Assembly: GCA_017499595.2 (NCBI GenBank)
Contig: CM039002.1
Location: 248,001-312,000, forward strand
Direction of reading: 5' to 3'
Length of the DNA stretch: 64,000 nucleotides
Origin: Psilocybe cubensis
Taxonomy: Eukaryota
In this document: positions 61,639 to 64,000 of the stretch, one piece after another
Layout of the letters: the number at the start of each line of letters is the position of its first letter
Numbering within the stretch: the stretch's first letter is position 1
Notes under the pieces: generated by a model
What the model was told of the DNA's origin: nothing
Seen by the model: only the letters and a program-made list of their open reading frames with translations
The model's database searches: none
Position numbers and translations under genes: made by a program

Positions 61639-63323
61639 ATGACCTCCAATCCGCGCATCGTTTTTGCCAAACGCCCCGCTCCCCATGAACTACCCAAGAT
61701 TGGCGAGCATCTCATATTTGACGAATCGCGGACTATTGATCTCGAAAACGTCCCTCTCAATGGCGGATTTTTAACAAAGACTTTGATCTTGAGGTAGTTT
61801 CTATACGTTTGAGATGCAAAAAGATGACTATAACAGCTTGTGTATTTATCAAGCCCTGAGCCTGCTATGCGGGAACGCATGCGCGATCCATCAATTCCAA
61901 GTTATACCACAACGTTCAACGTCGGCGGACCGTACGTATCAGCCTTCCCCTATACTCCAGCAAAAATAACAAAGATATAACGATTTCCCAGGATCCTTGG
62001 ATTCGGTGTAGTGGTGGTCCTTCGCTCTGAGAAAGATGGGTTCAAGCCGGGCGACTATCTATACGGATTAACGGTCTGGGAGGCATACACCGTGCAGCCC
62101 TACATCGATGGTAGGCAATTCATCTTCCCCTTTTCACAACATACCGAAATCGCCGAGCTAATTTAACCCACCAAATCTAGGGCGCGTCAACTTCAAAGCA
62201 GAAGAATGGTCCCCCGGCACATTCGACATGGACTCTCTTGCCCTGCAAGTCGTCCCGAATCCAAACGGTCTCTACCCATTATCGAAGTACACCAGCATTA
62301 TGGGAACGCCAGGGCTGACTGCGTTTGTCGGTATGGAGGGCATCATTGATGGAAAAGAGGTAAGCGTCGCGTATCCACTTATCACTCTCAAGCTTAAATG
62401 AGTGTTAGGGAGAAACGCTGTTCGTGTCGTCGGGAGCATCTGCAGTGGGAAGGTGAGTCGGCGTTACGTCAGAACGCGTTGTCATCCCCGTCCCCGAGGT
62501 ACCATCAGAAGTTCTTACACAATTGTACGGCAGTATGGTAATTCAACTCGCGAAGCTCAAGGGGTAAGTTACCACTTGTCGTAAATTTCAAACACTGATC
62601 GCACGTTGAAACAGGATGAAAGTTATTGCCTCTGCGGGCTCGGACGCAAAGGTGGAGTACATGCGCTCCCTGGGAGCGGACTTGCCCTTCAACTACAAGA
62701 AAGTCAGCTATGCTGAGTTTCTCAAGAAACACGGTCCTATCAATAAGTTCTGGGTACGTTGCAACCCTCCGAACCGTGTTTCTTGAATTTGAGGGCTCAC
62801 GTATGCGTCGCTGTCAGGACAATGTCGGCGCGGAAGCGCTGGACGCCGCGCTGGAGTCAATCACTTCCTACGGAAAGATGGCAGTATGTGCCAAAGTTTT
62901 CCAAAATCTTTGCTTCGGTTGACAAGTGCCACTTTGCTTTCTCTTCTGTTTATAGATCTGCGGTACATCAGGCACAGATGCGACACCGCCTAATGAACAT
63001 TACCGTTTGAAGGTGCGCGCTATCTTACACGTATCCTTAACATCAATATCTGAAATGATATTCAACCCACACCATTTGTATAGAACGCATACCTGATCAT
63101 GAAAAAATGCATCAACATTCGTGGCTTCATTGTCCCGGACCTCATCCCCCAATTCATTGGGAAGTTTTTCGAGACCGTTCCCGCCCTCATGGCTCAAGGC
63201 AAGCTGCGCAGTGAGGAGACGGAGTACGATGGAATCGAGAGTGCACCACAAGCGTTTATCGACACCTTGTCTAGCGGTCATCAAAAAGCTGGAACTCTTG
63301 TCGTTGTAGTTGCGCGAGACTAA
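61639..63323 (+). CDS. NADP-dependent MDR-family oxidoreductase (prostaglandin/alkenal reductase-like)
   Basis: MTSNPRIVFAKRP; SPEPAMRERMR; MGTPGLTAF; LFVSSGAS; KVIASAGSDAKVEY; DNVGAE; GIESAPQAF. Confidence 0.88.
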
Positions 63324-63443
63324 ACGACAGAGAAATGTATGCCCGAATAACGGTATGCTTAGTGTGGAATGTAAGATATATTAAAAGAATGTGTTTTTAT
63401 ATACAATTATCTTAAGTTAAACCTGCCCGCGGTGAATCGAAGA

Positions 63444-64000
63444 TTAAGATGATCCCTCCTTAGACTTGGCCTCCATTTGATATGCGTCCAAATTTTCCTC
63501 GTCGCCTTCTGTGATGACGCTAACCTGGAACGTTCTTGCAACGGGCCTGACGGTACCGCCAGCAGTTCGGATATGATTATTTGGCAAGGGAATAACGTCC
63601 ATGGACGCAGAATGCATCTTGAGGCGTATGGTGATTGCATTAAATGTGATGGCCTTGGATAGCATCTTCAGTTAGAAACACAGACGCTATTAGAAAGAAG
63701 GACTCAGCCTGGACGTACCACAATCGGGGTTATGCACTCCAGCATAATGTACTGAGCGTTCATCTTGGTAACATACAAAATCAAAACGATGATTTCGCAT
63801 GGAAGCTGCAGTGCACCCGAGTCAATGAGCAGACGAGCGATTGGCACTGTCTTCCGATCCCCAAGTCTATAGCTTGGGGATTCCTTGTACGTGGTCCATA
63901 TCCGGTATACCAAGAGACCAGTTGTGATCGAGTTTAACACTACTGCAATAGAATATAATGCCTTTATCCACTGTGTGATGTGCCCATTGAAGATGGAGGC
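63444..64000 (-). CDS. 3' part of a 7-TM-like membrane protein, paralog of 54097-55411; runs off the window
   Basis: LNSITTGLLVYRIW, RLLIDSGAL, NAQYIMLECITPIV and ITFNAITIRLK match the 54097 gene. Confidence 0.75.

Overview
Eukaryotic, intron-rich fungal DNA. Short ~50-nt GT-AG introns with CTAAC/CTGAC branch sites and the gene families present point to a mushroom-forming basidiomycete (inference). Ordinary genes include two tandem GPI-type mannoproteins, an HMG/YABBY-like protein, DUF6534- and DUF6533-like membrane proteins, MAPEG, GST, three MYND-finger proteins, a nitronate monooxygenase, a GH53 galactanase, HsbA and an MDR reductase. Highlights: (1) Three tandem copies of a gene that appears to fuse an MpaB/Lcp-like (DUF2236, rubber-oxygenase-like) heme domain to a cis-prenyltransferase. 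One copy looks intact, one has a +1 frameshift and one is truncated. (2) A very young, complete 8.7-kb Ty3/Gypsy LTR retrotransposon sits in the middle of a 52-nt intron. It carries an extra ~290-aa antisense ORF and one in-frame TAA between RNase H and integrase. (3) A 3.3-kb direct duplication flanks a 7.7-kb foreign block built from tandem exon+intron repeat units. (4) Two MITEs, a 198-bp hairpin and a 39-bp inverted repeat pair. All family calls come from motif recognition by eye, not database searches; exon boundaries were read manually and some are approximate.
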